Positions 44,301-54,395 of a stretch of DNA of 64,000 bases are shown here, one piece after another. The stretch comes from Oceanispirochaeta sp. (GTDB lineage Bacteria > Spirochaetota > Spirochaetia > DSM-2461). The stretch's first letter is position 1; the number at the start of each line of letters is the position of its first letter. The notes beneath the pieces were generated by a model. That model had not been told where the DNA came from and made no database searches. It saw only the letters and a program-made list of their open reading frames with translations. The stretch lies in contig CAXXOA010000001.1 in assembly GCA_963666275.2 (NCBI GenBank), forward strand, positions 608,001 through 672,000, in the 5' to 3' direction. The translations under genes and the position numbers were made by a program.

Positions 44301-44483
44301 CCCATGGCACTGGGACTGGGAGATACAGGTGTCGAGATGCGGCAGCCCATGGGGCTTGTCAGTACAGGCGGTTTGATTGCCGCGACATTCCTCTCTCTCT
44401 TTCTGATTCCGTCTCTGGAATATGTATTAACGAAAAAGAACAATACTGCCGGTGAAGCCGCATTGATGAAAAAGGATGCATAA
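41394..44483 (+). CDS. RND efflux permease (AcrB/AcrD/AcrF family)
   Basis: VVVLENI, GMVVNNAIL and PILM; ATG after AGGAGG. Confidence 0.95.
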   Translation: MFLSDFSIKKPVIIIMGIITLFLFGLLAYFKIPLSLMPDTKVPYISIQTIYGGATPDQIEKQITSKIEEEVSTLSGIETIQSYSMDSVSLITLEFSLDKDADTASQEVKEKVDAIIDDLPDDANTPVVSKMDLTATAVMTLVLQGELEPSELYKIADTELKDKLSRIPGVGDVDVEGGQEEEIRIVFRNNTVYEYNLNLLQLGRLLDEENNALPGGNFENEEQEYSVNFKGAFRDLNEIANQEIPTEYGYFPLNQLASIEKGPADIKKRITYYSGIEGSEDKNSVLLSIVKSSDGNSVDIAEKVTGELAAINSTLPAGASLSIVSDDSVLVKNTVKDTQSSILLGILFTSLVLLFFLHDLRSTIIAALSMPLSIIPTFIILNALNISMNEMSLMGISTSVGVLVMNSVVVLENIFRHKSMGNSPSRAASLGAKEVATTVFASTLTNICVFLPLGTMGGIAGMYMKDFALTVVVSTVFSLLISFTLTPMMASRLLPAEIRKKSGFAFKVESFFHGLEKGYEKILSSILFSKKRSLLLITATFIAFVIALAGFSKVPIEFTPVSDSGKVLVEVELPQDASLSQTSDKIKEIESIVKTFDEVDRFVTTLGGLSSLDTGTHLAKLQIELKNSREVTTQEITEDIDLALKNVTNARIRVKVSGDKEIDSSAVSFYLQAEDMETLEEYVPRYLEKLDALEETRSVESSIKSGKPEINIYPHRDKLRDMGISAQALSSYIRASIDGIVMTELESGGDEYDVRIMLDRSDISSYEGIENIPVKTSSGIYPLSFFADIEIENGISKLMRTNKLPTVELVGSLKAGVAQSEVTTQITAIHNEMNGGEVTLKWSSVSDLMNESTTSMGIAFLMAILLTYMLLTAVLGKFGQPLLILSTVPFSLIGVVSIFLITGLAMNIISMLAIIMLVGMVVNNAILILEYTNQLKAGGMSTREALLKACPTKLQPILMANIATILGMLPMALGLGDTGVEMRQPMGLVSTGGLIAATFLSLFLIPSLEYVLTKKNNTAGEAALMKKDA

Positions 44484-45834
44484 AATGATGAAAAATAAGA
44501 AAACTGCTTTGTTACTATTACAGCTGTTTACAGCTGTGTTGTTTCAGAATCTATCTGCCGGGGATTTAAGCCTCAACGAATATATGAGCCTGGTGGAGTC
44601 GAATAACAGGGGCCTGCAGAAATCAGCCCTCAATAATACTCTGGCTGAGATTCAGAAGAACCTGGCCAGGGCGGCTTTCCTGCCGAAAGTCTCGGGGAGC
44701 GTGGGGTATACAAGAAACGTTATAGAACTGTCTCAGTCCCATGCTATCGGTGCCGAGCCCGCAGTGAATCCCGACACAGGGCTCTATGATCTCTACTATA
44801 CGGATGTTCCTTCCAATTTCGACAATGAAATGTCCTTTCAGCTGAGTCTTCAGCAGACCCTTTTTGATGTGAATGCCCAGAGTGCTTTAAAAGCCGGGAA
44901 AGTAAACAAGGCTATGACTGATACCTCGACGGCAAAAGTCAGGACAGCTATTCTGACAGGAGCGAAAAAGCTCTATTATCAGGTCGTGCTATTACAAGAG
45001 GTGTATGAAATACGGAAAGCCACAGAGTCTAATGCACTGGAAAATTTCCGGAATGTTCAGGAGAAATATGAAAACCAGCTGGTTGCGGAGATTGATGTTA
45101 AGATGGCCCAGGTTAACTGGCAGATCTCTGTTCCCGATACATCCGTTGCCTTGAGGGATCTGCAGTTGGGAATGTCAAATCTAAAGCAGCTGGCCGGTAT
45201 TGATGCGTCCGAGGAGCTGAAACTGACTGATTCCCTGGGAGCCGTACCCTCTCTGCCGGAAGAGATGACTCAGGAACAGACATTGGAAAGAAGTCTCGAT
45301 TACAGGATCCAGACTCAGGCTCTCGCTTTGAAAGAGATCAATGTGGATTCTCAGAAATCCTCTTTTTATCCTACTGTAAATCTGACTGCAGGCTATGCTC
45401 ATAACTTTCTGACTGATGATGTTCTGGACAATAACAATGTGGATGTCTTTAAAGTCGGTCTGAATGTAAATATACCCTTATTCTACGGTGGGAGCCGGAT
45501 TCAGAAAGTCAGGCAGGCCGAAATCGAAAGGGAAATAGCTTCTATTGATCTTTTATTGAAACAGGATGAAATTCTGAATGAGTCGAATAATATTTACTTG
45601 AAACTCAGGGAAGCGGATAAAAGGATGGACATTGCCCAGTCAGCATGGGAAACTACTCGTAAAGCTTATGAAGTTGTAAAGATTTCAGTGGAGAACGGAC
45701 TTTCCACTCAGCTTGATATGAAAGAGGCGCGTTTGAATATGGATAATGCCAGGCTGGGATATTATTCTGCTGTATACGATTATTTATCTTTTACATTCGA
45801 CTGGCAGCAGACTATGGGAATAACTTATAATTAG
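44476..45834 (+). CDS. TolC-family outer membrane protein
   Basis: AAFLPKVS, SFYPTVNL and IPLFYGG. Confidence 0.9.
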   Translation: MHKMMKNKKTALLLLQLFTAVLFQNLSAGDLSLNEYMSLVESNNRGLQKSALNNTLAEIQKNLARAAFLPKVSGSVGYTRNVIELSQSHAIGAEPAVNPDTGLYDLYYTDVPSNFDNEMSFQLSLQQTLFDVNAQSALKAGKVNKAMTDTSTAKVRTAILTGAKKLYYQVVLLQEVYEIRKATESNALENFRNVQEKYENQLVAEIDVKMAQVNWQISVPDTSVALRDLQLGMSNLKQLAGIDASEELKLTDSLGAVPSLPEEMTQEQTLERSLDYRIQTQALALKEINVDSQKSSFYPTVNLTAGYAHNFLTDDVLDNNNVDVFKVGLNVNIPLFYGGSRIQKVRQAEIEREIASIDLLLKQDEILNESNNIYLKLREADKRMDIAQSAWETTRKAYEVVKISVENGLSTQLDMKEARLNMDNARLGYYSAVYDYLSFTFDWQQTMGITYN

Positions 45835-45846
45835 GCAGGCTAGCAT

Positions 45847-46533
45847 ATGGCAACCATTTTAATAGCAGAAGACGATGATAATATTAGACTCCTGATGGAG
45901 AAACAGCTTGAAAAGCAGCATCTCACAATCAGTACCGCAAACGGTGTCGAAGCATGGAATGAATTTTCCGATAAGGATGTTGATCTACTGGTCGTCGATA
46001 TCATGATGCCCGGAATGGACGGTTTCTCCCTTATTGAAAAAATTCGGGAGGCAGGGTCTTCGATTCCCATTCTAATCATTACGGCAAACCAGACTTTTGA
46101 CAGTAAAAAGAAAGGATTCTCTCTGGGGACGGACGACTATCTGACAAAACCTTTTGAGCTTGAAGAGTTGACCTGGAGAGTACAGGCCTTGCTGAAAAGA
46201 ACCAAGATTGTCGATGATCAGCAGGTGAAAGAGGGCGGTTTCATCCTGGATACCCTGAGCCAGACCCTATCAAAAGAAGAGCGCACAGTGGCTCTTCCCA
46301 AAAAAGAGTTTGATCTGCTTCATAAACTGCTTTCCTATCCCGGCAGAATCTATACCAAAGATCAGCTGCTTGATTCTATCTGGGGATATTCGACCGAAAG
46401 CAGTGATGACACCATTAAAACTCATATGAGCAGATTAAGGGGGAAATTATCTGATTTTCCGGAACTCACCCTTAAAGCTGTGAAGGGAATCGGGTACAAA
46501 CTGATCATTCAGAAAGAGCAAGATGAAACATAA
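45847..46533 (+). CDS. OmpR-family response regulator (HssR-like)
   Basis: AEDD, DIMMPGMDG, KPF and KEFDLL; winged helix. Confidence 0.93.
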   Translation: MATILIAEDDDNIRLLMEKQLEKQHLTISTANGVEAWNEFSDKDVDLLVVDIMMPGMDGFSLIEKIREAGSSIPILIITANQTFDSKKKGFSLGTDDYLTKPFELEELTWRVQALLKRTKIVDDQQVKEGGFILDTLSQTLSKEERTVALPKKEFDLLHKLLSYPGRIYTKDQLLDSIWGYSTESSDDTIKTHMSRLRGKLSDFPELTLKAVKGIGYKLIIQKEQDET

Positions 46534-47569
46534 AATCAACTTACTGAAAGATCTGAAAATCAGCCTGGTTATTCTCTCGTTTATTATCACCAATACTTCT
46601 GTTATGGTGTTTGCCTTTCTTGATTACTGGATATCCGCACATTTCGGCCGGTCTGTGAATTATAATCCCTCCGACGCTTTAGGAATGATTATCCCCATGG
46701 GGGCTGTTATGGGAATAATCTCCTGGATTCTGATAAATATCAGTTATAAATATGTTTCAACCCTGTTAAAGGGGATTAACAGAGTTTCCAGGGGAGAGTT
46801 CTCTACCAGGCTGGATGTGGGGAAAGGGGGGCCCTTAAAAGAGATCTACCGGAATTTCAATAAAATGGCGGATGAGCTTGAAAACACCCAGACCCTGAGA
46901 GAAGATTTTATTAATCACTTTTCCCATGAGTTTAAAACACCTATCATGTCTATCAACGGCTTTGCAACCTTGCTTATGGATCAGGAAATCAGCGATGAAG
47001 AGAGAAGGAAATATCTGGGGATAATCTCCAAAGAATCCAGAAGATTAACCGAATTATCGAACAACTCTCTTCTGCTTTCCCGGCTTGAATCAACACAGAT
47101 ACAGGCCAACCTGGAAGCCTATCAACTGGATGAACAGATTCGGGAATGCGTTATTCTTCTTTCTCCTCTCTGGAACGGCAAGAATCTAGATGTCTCTGCA
47201 GACCTGTCCCCGGTGATACTGGAAGCTGATAAGGGATTGATGAAACATGTCTGGATTAATCTTCTTTCCAATGCTGTGAAATTCACTCCCTCCGAGGGAA
47301 CTATCAGTATTGAACTGTCTGTCAAAGGCGATGTCTGTATCATCTCCATTAAAGATTCCGGTATCGGTATGGAAGAGGATGATCTGGAAAAGATTTTCCG
47401 GAAATTCCAGAAAGGGAAAAATATGTATATGTCCAACGGTCTGGGGCTAGGACTGTCTATTGTCAGGAAAATTGTTGATCTTTCACAAGGAACCATTCAT
47501 GTGGATAGTTCTCCCGGGAAAGGGAGCTGTTTTTCTGTTACTCTGCCAATAAAAAAAATCAAAAAATAA
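46523..47569 (+). CDS. HAMP sensor histidine kinase (two TM helices, short loop)
   Basis: SHEFKTP, NLLSNAVKF, DSGIG and GLGLS. Confidence 0.93.
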   Translation: MKHKINLLKDLKISLVILSFIITNTSVMVFAFLDYWISAHFGRSVNYNPSDALGMIIPMGAVMGIISWILINISYKYVSTLLKGINRVSRGEFSTRLDVGKGGPLKEIYRNFNKMADELENTQTLREDFINHFSHEFKTPIMSINGFATLLMDQEISDEERRKYLGIISKESRRLTELSNNSLLLSRLESTQIQANLEAYQLDEQIRECVILLSPLWNGKNLDVSADLSPVILEADKGLMKHVWINLLSNAVKFTPSEGTISIELSVKGDVCIISIKDSGIGMEEDDLEKIFRKFQKGKNMYMSNGLGLGLSIVRKIVDLSQGTIHVDSSPGKGSCFSVTLPIKKIKK

Positions 47570-47653
47570 TAAGTTTACATATATGTAACCTGACGCTTTT
47601 AAATTACCAGTAGAAAGAAAATCTATTTTAGAAAGGAAATTTGGTAGTTTAAA

Positions 47654-48841
47654 ATGAAGAATTTAGTTTTTATAGCATTAGTTTTGATCCCTGTTTTTTA
47701 CGGTGGTGAATCCCTGCATGCTCTGGTCCTGAAGGATATTGAGATCGGGGGAGACATTAAAAAAACAAAAGATGAGACTGTTCTGAATATCATACAGTAT
47801 GAAATCGGCAATGAAATCGGGTCTTCGGATCTGCCTCTGATTGAACAGCGTCTGATTAAATCGGGAATCTTTATTAATGAAGAAACCCGTATCGATTTAA
47901 TTGAAGAGGAAGACCAGGCTGTTCTGGTGCTGACATTGGCCGATAAATTCAGTTTCGTACCCATCCCTATTGTCAAAGGGGGGGAAGAAACAAAAGCCGG
48001 GCTGTTCCTGATGGATAATAACCTCTTCGGTACGGCTGACACACTCTTTCTGGGCGGTATTTTCGGAAAAGATGATATCCTTTTTATGTCCAATTATACA
48101 AACACCCTTGTCAATGGAAGCAACATGGACCTGGGGGCCGGTTTCTTCTATATAAAAGAAGAGAGTGAAATTTCCGATGCCAGCGGGGATCGTCTTGCCG
48201 AGAGGGATCAGGAGTCCATAAGCGCTCAGGTTTTCAGTACCTGGCATCTGGGACAGTGGAATCTGACTCCGACGTTTTCTTTGGGATCCGTTGAATATGA
48301 CAGTTATGACCACCTGACTACTTATAGCTCTAAATTTGCCTTCAATTACAATAATTTATTCTGGGGATCCTTCTTTCCTGAAGGTTTGAACTGGGACGGT
48401 GAATATTCAGCCACTCTGTATTCAGACGAATTCGGTCTGAAACAGGAATCGAAAGCAAAACTGAGCTGGGATAAGAATCTCACTGATCGGTTGCACATGA
48501 CCCTTGGCGGTAGAGGAATGTGGTTTGATGGGGATGAGATTCTCAGTTCTCAAGTGGTGTCGTCAATTCTCCCCGCAAGTGTCTACGCAGATGTGAATAT
48601 GGAAGCCAGCGCCACTCTTAATATAGCACTTATGGATTTTTCCTGGGGATTTATCTCTCTTCCTCTGGCATTCCATGTCGGATACTTTGATGGTATAAGC
48701 GGAAGTAATGAGCTCTATTACGGCCCTTCGGCAGAGCTGAATCTGAATCTGAAAAAGATTGCCATGCCGGCGATCTCTTTAAAATACGGTTGGAATATGG
48801 AAACGACCACTCCTGTTATTCAGGCAAATGTGGGGTTTTAA
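47654..48841 (+). CDS. POTRA plus beta-barrel outer membrane protein (Omp85-like)
   Basis: Signal peptide; IEIGG..KTK (POTRA), DNNLFG and C-terminal Phe. Confidence 0.6.
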   Translation: MKNLVFIALVLIPVFYGGESLHALVLKDIEIGGDIKKTKDETVLNIIQYEIGNEIGSSDLPLIEQRLIKSGIFINEETRIDLIEEEDQAVLVLTLADKFSFVPIPIVKGGEETKAGLFLMDNNLFGTADTLFLGGIFGKDDILFMSNYTNTLVNGSNMDLGAGFFYIKEESEISDASGDRLAERDQESISAQVFSTWHLGQWNLTPTFSLGSVEYDSYDHLTTYSSKFAFNYNNLFWGSFFPEGLNWDGEYSATLYSDEFGLKQESKAKLSWDKNLTDRLHMTLGGRGMWFDGDEILSSQVVSSILPASVYADVNMEASATLNIALMDFSWGFISLPLAFHVGYFDGISGSNELYYGPSAELNLNLKKIAMPAISLKYGWNMETTTPVIQANVGF

Positions 48842-48872
48842 TCACCGGAATTAATGCGCGAAGGAGATTAAT

Positions 48873-49733
48873 ATGAAAGTACAGGATAAAATCGTTGTCG
48901 TTACTGGAGCAGGAGGTGGTCTGGGTCAGCAGCTGGTGCTTCAGCTCGTCAGAGAAGGGAATCATGTGGCAGCTGTTGATATCAACAGGGATGCTCTGGA
49001 CGCAACAAAACTCAAAGCTGCTGAGTTTTCCCGGACGCTCAGTATTCACAGGGCAGACATCACAGATAAAGAACAAATTTTATCCCTTGCCAAAGAGATC
49101 GGAGAACGATTCGGAAAGATCGATATTCTGATCAATAATGCAGGAATTATACAGCCCTTCAAAACGTTCTATGATCTGGAGGACGATGCTATACAGAGGA
49201 TTTTCAATATCAATGTGTACGGGATGATCAATATGACAAAAGCATTCCTTCCCTTACTCGCAGCTGCTGATGAATCCAGTCTCTGCAATATATCCAGCAT
49301 GGGAGGTTTTCTTCCCGTGCCCGGTCAGTCCATATACGGTGCATCGAAGGCCTCTGTGAAAATTATCACGGAAGCTCTCGTCCAGGAGTTATCCAGGACA
49401 AATATTCACGTCTCAGTTGTTTTCCCAGGGGGAATCGATACGGATATAAAAAAGAATTCCGGGCTGAAAGAGGAGAGTTCAGGAAAAGAGAAAGCCTCTG
49501 CCGGTTTAAAATTAACCACTCCCGAAAAGGCTGCTGAGATCATCCTGCAGGGAATCAGACTGAATAAACAGAAAATACTGATCGGGAAAGATGCATTAAT
49601 CATGGATATCATCTATAGATTGTTTCCGTTTTCCGCTGCCAGACTTATCAGCAGAAAGATGTCAAAAAATCATGGCAGAATATTTAATGAGCCTGAGAGT
49701 TTGAAAAATAGTGTAATGAGTGAACACAGGTAG
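48873..49733 (+). CDS. SDR-family oxidoreductase
   Basis: TGAGGGLG, NNAG and YGASK. Confidence 0.93.
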   Translation: MKVQDKIVVVTGAGGGLGQQLVLQLVREGNHVAAVDINRDALDATKLKAAEFSRTLSIHRADITDKEQILSLAKEIGERFGKIDILINNAGIIQPFKTFYDLEDDAIQRIFNINVYGMINMTKAFLPLLAAADESSLCNISSMGGFLPVPGQSIYGASKASVKIITEALVQELSRTNIHVSVVFPGGIDTDIKKNSGLKEESSGKEKASAGLKLTTPEKAAEIILQGIRLNKQKILIGKDALIMDIIYRLFPFSAARLISRKMSKNHGRIFNEPESLKNSVMSEHR

Positions 49734-49785
49734 GGAGACTCCTATTTTAAAAAAGAATATAATTGTATAGAGGAGTTCTTTCATC

Positions 49786-52050
49786 ATGCATAGTCCGAAA
49801 TTATTTAAACAGTTCACAGGATTCGTGGCCGGTTTATTTTTACTCTCTGGATTTTTTACTTTCCCGGTTGCCGCAGAGGACGCTTCAATTGAAAAGAAAA
49901 CACCGAAAATAGCTCTTGTTCTGCAGGGGGGAGGGGCTTTGGGAATAGCTCACATAGCTGTGATTGAAGAACTGGATCGTCTGGGGATCCCTGTGGATCT
50001 GGTTGTAGGAACCAGTATGGGGGCTATTGTCGGTGGACTCTACAGCAGCGGATATAGCGCTGACGATTTGGAGTTGCTTGTAAATACAACTGACTGGATG
50101 GAGCTTTTCATCCCTCAGACCCCCTATTACAATAAGCCAATACGGGACCGTTATGATGAATCCCGGTACCTTTCTTATGATTTTTCCCGGGAAAAAGTCC
50201 CTGTAGCGAGAGGGTTCCTTTCCGACAGGAATATACTCTCCTATTTTGATCAGCTCACCCTGGATTACGGAAATAATATCCCCTTCAGTTCTCTGCCGAG
50301 GGAGTTTCGAGCAGTTGCGACGGATATTACCAACGGTGAGAGGGTAGTTATCAGTGAGGGATCCCTTTCGGAGGCTATGAGGGCCAGTATGGGAATCCCC
50401 GGTTTGTTCGCTCCCTATTATATTCAGGATCGTTTGCTTGTGGACGGCGGACTGGTGGATAATCTCCCCATTGATGTGGCCAGAGAAGCCGGGGCCGATT
50501 ACATAATTGCCATTCAGCTGACCGGTGGCATGCCCTTTTCCCCTGAAGAGCTGAAATCCTCTCCTCTGGGCTCCTTGTCGAAAACAATTGATATTATGAT
50601 TTATCAGAATGTTAAATCCAATTATTCGATGGCTGATTTTATCCTGAATATTGATCTTACCGGATATCAGGCTGTTGATTTCATGAAGAGCGAAGAAATT
50701 CTTGCCATCGGGAAAAGAACGGTAGAAGCGAACACCGAAAACTTAGCAGAACTGAAAGATCAGCTTCTCAGGATGGGAGCACATAGCAAGGTTAGCGATA
50801 TTACGCCGCAGAAAATTGATCATGTCCAGATCAACGGGGCATCAAGGCAGGACCTGCGGAAAATAAGGGAAGAGTTCTCCTCTTTCGAGGGAGCATTTGC
50901 CGACCGGGAAACAGTGAAATCCGTAATGGACGATTTATCCCGGAATGATATCTACAAAGAGATCAGGCTGGGACGCGTTGTCAATGAGTCGGGACGATCG
51001 GATCTGGTTCTGGATCTGGAAAGGAACAGGGAGATCAACAGTGTTAATATCGGGTTTTCTTCCGCTTCAACCTATTCCGATCGCATCAACAGTCTGGATG
51101 TTATATCCGGTGCTTTGATCTTAAGGGGGGTTTTTATTCCCGAATCCAAGTGGACCCTGGGATTTCAGATAAACGATACACCCGGATTGAGCCTCTCCTA
51201 CCTACAGCCTTTCGGCCCCATTTATACAAATCTGTCCTATCAGATATCTACAGATAGAGTCCTTACTTCTTCCGAGGATACGGGAGGAGGACCCTTTCAG
51301 GTAAGAAGCAGTAAATTTCAGATGGAAACAGGTATTAATCCTATGAACATTATCGATTTTTCCATCGGTTTGGACTATGACTATTCCGTTCTGGGAGATA
51401 AATATGCCCAGATAAACGACCTGGATCAGGATGAACATCTGCAGATCCTGTTCAGTGAATTTGAATTTCTCACACTGGACCATTTTCTTTTCCCTGAAAA
51501 AGGAATCCATGTTAATAATAGTTTTTTCTATAATCTCCACGGATTCAGCGGGGATGAATCCTTTCAGGTCCTGGAGACCTTCGGGACAGTCGCTATGCCT
51601 GTCACTTCGCTCATTTCCCTGGAAGCCGAGTGGATAGGTGGAACGGATTTTTCCGGAGGGGGAATGAGTAGTCAAAGTGCCCCGATATTGTATAAACCTA
51701 ATCTTGGTAATAGACGAATCTTTCCCGGTACACTGAATGAAAAAGAAGAGTTCGGGAGTTTTGTTTCCGGGGGCAGCTTGCTTTTCAAGTACAGGGTCGA
51801 TTCTCAGCATAGTAGTTCGTTGTTTCCGATGTACCTTATCTTTCAGGGGGCTGCCGGTTATGTCTCTCCCGATGCCGGTCAAATACGAAAAATCGAAGAT
51901 TCTCTCTCCTGGCACTTCAATACAGGAGTCGGATTTCGATTCTCCGATTCTTTCGGGTTGATGGTGAGAACCGGGACTTATCATGGCTTTGATAGCGGAA
52001 ATGCCGGGTTTATTGCGATTGATATCGGGTCTTTCGGGGTTCGTGACTGA
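49786..52050 (+). CDS. Patatin-like phospholipase with POTRA/beta-barrel (PlpD-like)
   Basis: GGGALG, GTSMG and DGG; signal peptide; beta-rich C-terminus. Confidence 0.85.
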   Translation: MHSPKLFKQFTGFVAGLFLLSGFFTFPVAAEDASIEKKTPKIALVLQGGGALGIAHIAVIEELDRLGIPVDLVVGTSMGAIVGGLYSSGYSADDLELLVNTTDWMELFIPQTPYYNKPIRDRYDESRYLSYDFSREKVPVARGFLSDRNILSYFDQLTLDYGNNIPFSSLPREFRAVATDITNGERVVISEGSLSEAMRASMGIPGLFAPYYIQDRLLVDGGLVDNLPIDVAREAGADYIIAIQLTGGMPFSPEELKSSPLGSLSKTIDIMIYQNVKSNYSMADFILNIDLTGYQAVDFMKSEEILAIGKRTVEANTENLAELKDQLLRMGAHSKVSDITPQKIDHVQINGASRQDLRKIREEFSSFEGAFADRETVKSVMDDLSRNDIYKEIRLGRVVNESGRSDLVLDLERNREINSVNIGFSSASTYSDRINSLDVISGALILRGVFIPESKWTLGFQINDTPGLSLSYLQPFGPIYTNLSYQISTDRVLTSSEDTGGGPFQVRSSKFQMETGINPMNIIDFSIGLDYDYSVLGDKYAQINDLDQDEHLQILFSEFEFLTLDHFLFPEKGIHVNNSFFYNLHGFSGDESFQVLETFGTVAMPVTSLISLEAEWIGGTDFSGGGMSSQSAPILYKPNLGNRRIFPGTLNEKEEFGSFVSGGSLLFKYRVDSQHSSSLFPMYLIFQGAAGYVSPDAGQIRKIEDSLSWHFNTGVGFRFSDSFGLMVRTGTYHGFDSGNAGFIAIDIGSFGVRD

Positions 52051-52072
52051 TCATGTTGTATTCCATTTTTTC

Positions 52073-52333
52073 TGACTTGTCCTCCTATTTCTGGTACCTG
52101 TCATTTTCCTAGGCCCTACGAAAATCTGTAGTTACCGTGCATAAAACTCAATTGGTTTACATCCCTGTCTCAAGCAAGACAGATAATTGAATGCTGGAGG
52201 CAGGAATATAATACAATCCGCCCCCATAGTTCATTAAATGATTTGTCGCCAGAGAATTCCGGCGTAAGTTTGAAGAGTCAGAAAACAAGGAAGAACCCCT
52301 AAATGCTACTGGATGAATATGGGGGTAAGGTCA
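52073..52333 (+). mobile_element. IS3-family remnant, possibly an internally deleted element
   Basis: From 52150 it reads NWFTSLSQARQIIECWRQEYNTIRPHSSLNDLSPE; the right end is ...GGGGGTAAGGTCA; there is a weak left-IR candidate TGACTTGTCCTCC at 52073. Confidence 0.7.
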
Positions 52334-52391
52334 CTGACTAAGAGAGCATTTTGAAGTAATCTATCTGCAGAATCAGGGGATTGCCAATATC

Positions 52392-52937
52392 ATGATAGAA
52401 GAGATTATTAAGAAAAGAAAAAGCATCAGACAATTTAATGACGAAGAACTGGATATTTCACAGATTTTAGATACTATAAATATAGCCAAATTTGCTCCTT
52501 CAGGTAAGAATCGCCAACCATGGAAAGTCAAATTGCTTGAAGGAAATGATAAAGAAACTCTTTTGGAGATCTTGAAAGCAAATCCCGATGAGAAGACAGC
52601 AGCAGGATCTTTTTCTATCTCAATCAATGCGATTGAGCAGAGCAGTATCACTTTATTGATCTTTAATCCTTTTTCTTACAAAGAGGAAAATTATTCCCAG
52701 AATAGATTACTCATGGATACTCAATCTATAGGAGCATTTATCCAAAATATACTATTACTCTGTACTGAGAGAGATATTTCAACATTATGGATAAACGATG
52801 TTTATTATGAAAAATCCGCTATTGAGAGTTTTTATGTTAAAGGTGAAATGGAATTAATTGCAGCAATTGCAATGGGGTATAGTAATCAAGAAAGAAGGTT
52901 CAATATCCGCCATGAAATTGGTGACATCATTCTTTAG
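52392..52937 (+). CDS. Nitroreductase-family protein
   Basis: RKSIRQF and APSGKNRQPW. Confidence 0.9.
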   Translation: MIEEIIKKRKSIRQFNDEELDISQILDTINIAKFAPSGKNRQPWKVKLLEGNDKETLLEILKANPDEKTAAGSFSISINAIEQSSITLLIFNPFSYKEENYSQNRLLMDTQSIGAFIQNILLLCTERDISTLWINDVYYEKSAIESFYVKGEMELIAAIAMGYSNQERRFNIRHEIGDIIL

Positions 52938-52964
52938 TATGATAATTTCATAGATTCTGAATAC

Positions 52965-53050
52965 AGAAATCCTGCTCAATTCCAACCAATCCCATCATCG
53001 TAATGGAATATGGAAAGATTACTATATTACTGGCGAAGCGAGGTATATTG
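52965..53050 (+). repeat. Intergenic repeat family copy overlapping the MATE stop codon
   Basis: AGAAATCCTGCTCAATTCCAACCAATCCCATCATCG...GGAAAGATTACTATATTAC. Confidence 0.85.
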
Positions 53051-54379
53051 AAGCAATGGGTTTCCAGAATCGGGAGGGGAGGACCTTTGTTTATTCGAAA
53101 CTCCTAAAAGAACTGTTGATATGATAAGCGTTAGAACTTCTGCGATTCCGACAGTATTCCATATAATTTTATTGCCAAAGATGAATGGTAATAAAGTAAT
53201 CGAGAGAGGAGTCAAAATCAAGCATCTACTGCTGGCAATAATGACTGCAAATCTGGTCTGTTTCGTTGAGTAAAAGTACGTTGTTATCAACAGATTTACA
53301 GCCATGACAATAAACGCCCAGCTAAAGGCTGGAAGAGCGTTGATTGTAGTCTTAATTAATATAGGATTTGAATTAAACAACATGGTAATTCTGTCCCTGA
53401 AGATTGTATATAACAAATAAACAGTGATGGCGCTTAAAGTATTGATGATAATTCCTGAATAAAAATAGTACATCAGATCCTTTTTGCTCTTGCGTCCAAA
53501 ACTTTGGCCTAACAAAGGCTGCATCCCTTCTGATACACCTATGAAAATCCCCAATGAAAAGGATGTTAAGTATGAGATAATCGAGAATGCTGATACTGAG
53601 ATATCTCCTATTCTCTTGATTAGGATGTAATTCATGCAAAGTGTCATGGTGGGCATCCCCAATTGGGATATCATTTCAGGAAAACCGCGCAAGACAATCT
53701 TTCTTATCAGTACAGTAGATATTGAAAAAGGACTGATCTGTAGTCTTCCTCTCCGGAGTATGAAATGACTTATTAAAATCAGGAAACTTATAACCTGTCC
53801 TAACCCGGATGCAATGGCAGCTCCCTTTATTCCCATTCTTAGAGGGAAAACAAAAAGCCAATCCAGAAATATATTCATTACAGCACCCGAAATGACAGCA
53901 ACACTCACAAGAATAGGGGCATTATCATTTCTTATGAAACCCTGTAATATAATGCTGCATAAAAGAGGGAGTGAGAAGGCGCTGAAATAGAATAGATATT
54001 CGTCCGTCATTTTCGCGAATGTCTCATTTGCACCGGTTAATACAGCAATTTTCTCGGAGAAAAGCATCCCTAGAACCATCAATGAAATTCCAGCTAAAAA
54101 AGCCATGGTACTTGAATGCATAAACGCGTCGTTAGCGCCGTCTATATCTTCTCGGCCAAAACGAATTGCTGTAATAGTCGTCCCTCCTATGGTCAGTAAG
54201 ATAGCAAGTGCATTTGCCATAAGAGTGAACGGCATCGCTAAATTGACAGCACCCAGAGCGTCCACCCCAATCCCCCGACCAACAAAGATTCCATCCACTA
54301 TTACATATAAAAATGTAGTTGCTGATCCTGCGACTGTTGGGAGAATATATTTATATAGATTTTTGGTTTGTTCTTTCAT
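53027..54379 (-). CDS. MATE-family efflux transporter
   Basis: VDGIFVGRGIG..ALGAVNL and GMQPLLG; about 12 TM helices. Confidence 0.92.
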   Translation of the reverse strand: MKEQTKNLYKYILPTVAGSATTFLYVIVDGIFVGRGIGVDALGAVNLAMPFTLMANALAILLTIGGTTITAIRFGREDIDGANDAFMHSSTMAFLAGISLMVLGMLFSEKIAVLTGANETFAKMTDEYLFYFSAFSLPLLCSIILQGFIRNDNAPILVSVAVISGAVMNIFLDWLFVFPLRMGIKGAAIASGLGQVISFLILISHFILRRGRLQISPFSISTVLIRKIVLRGFPEMISQLGMPTMTLCMNYILIKRIGDISVSAFSIISYLTSFSLGIFIGVSEGMQPLLGQSFGRKSKKDLMYYFYSGIIINTLSAITVYLLYTIFRDRITMLFNSNPILIKTTINALPAFSWAFIVMAVNLLITTYFYSTKQTRFAVIIASSRCLILTPLSITLLPFIFGNKIIWNTVGIAEVLTLIISTVLLGVSNKQRSSPPDSGNPLLQYTSLRQ

Positions 54380-54395
54380 GCAATTCCTTCGTTTG

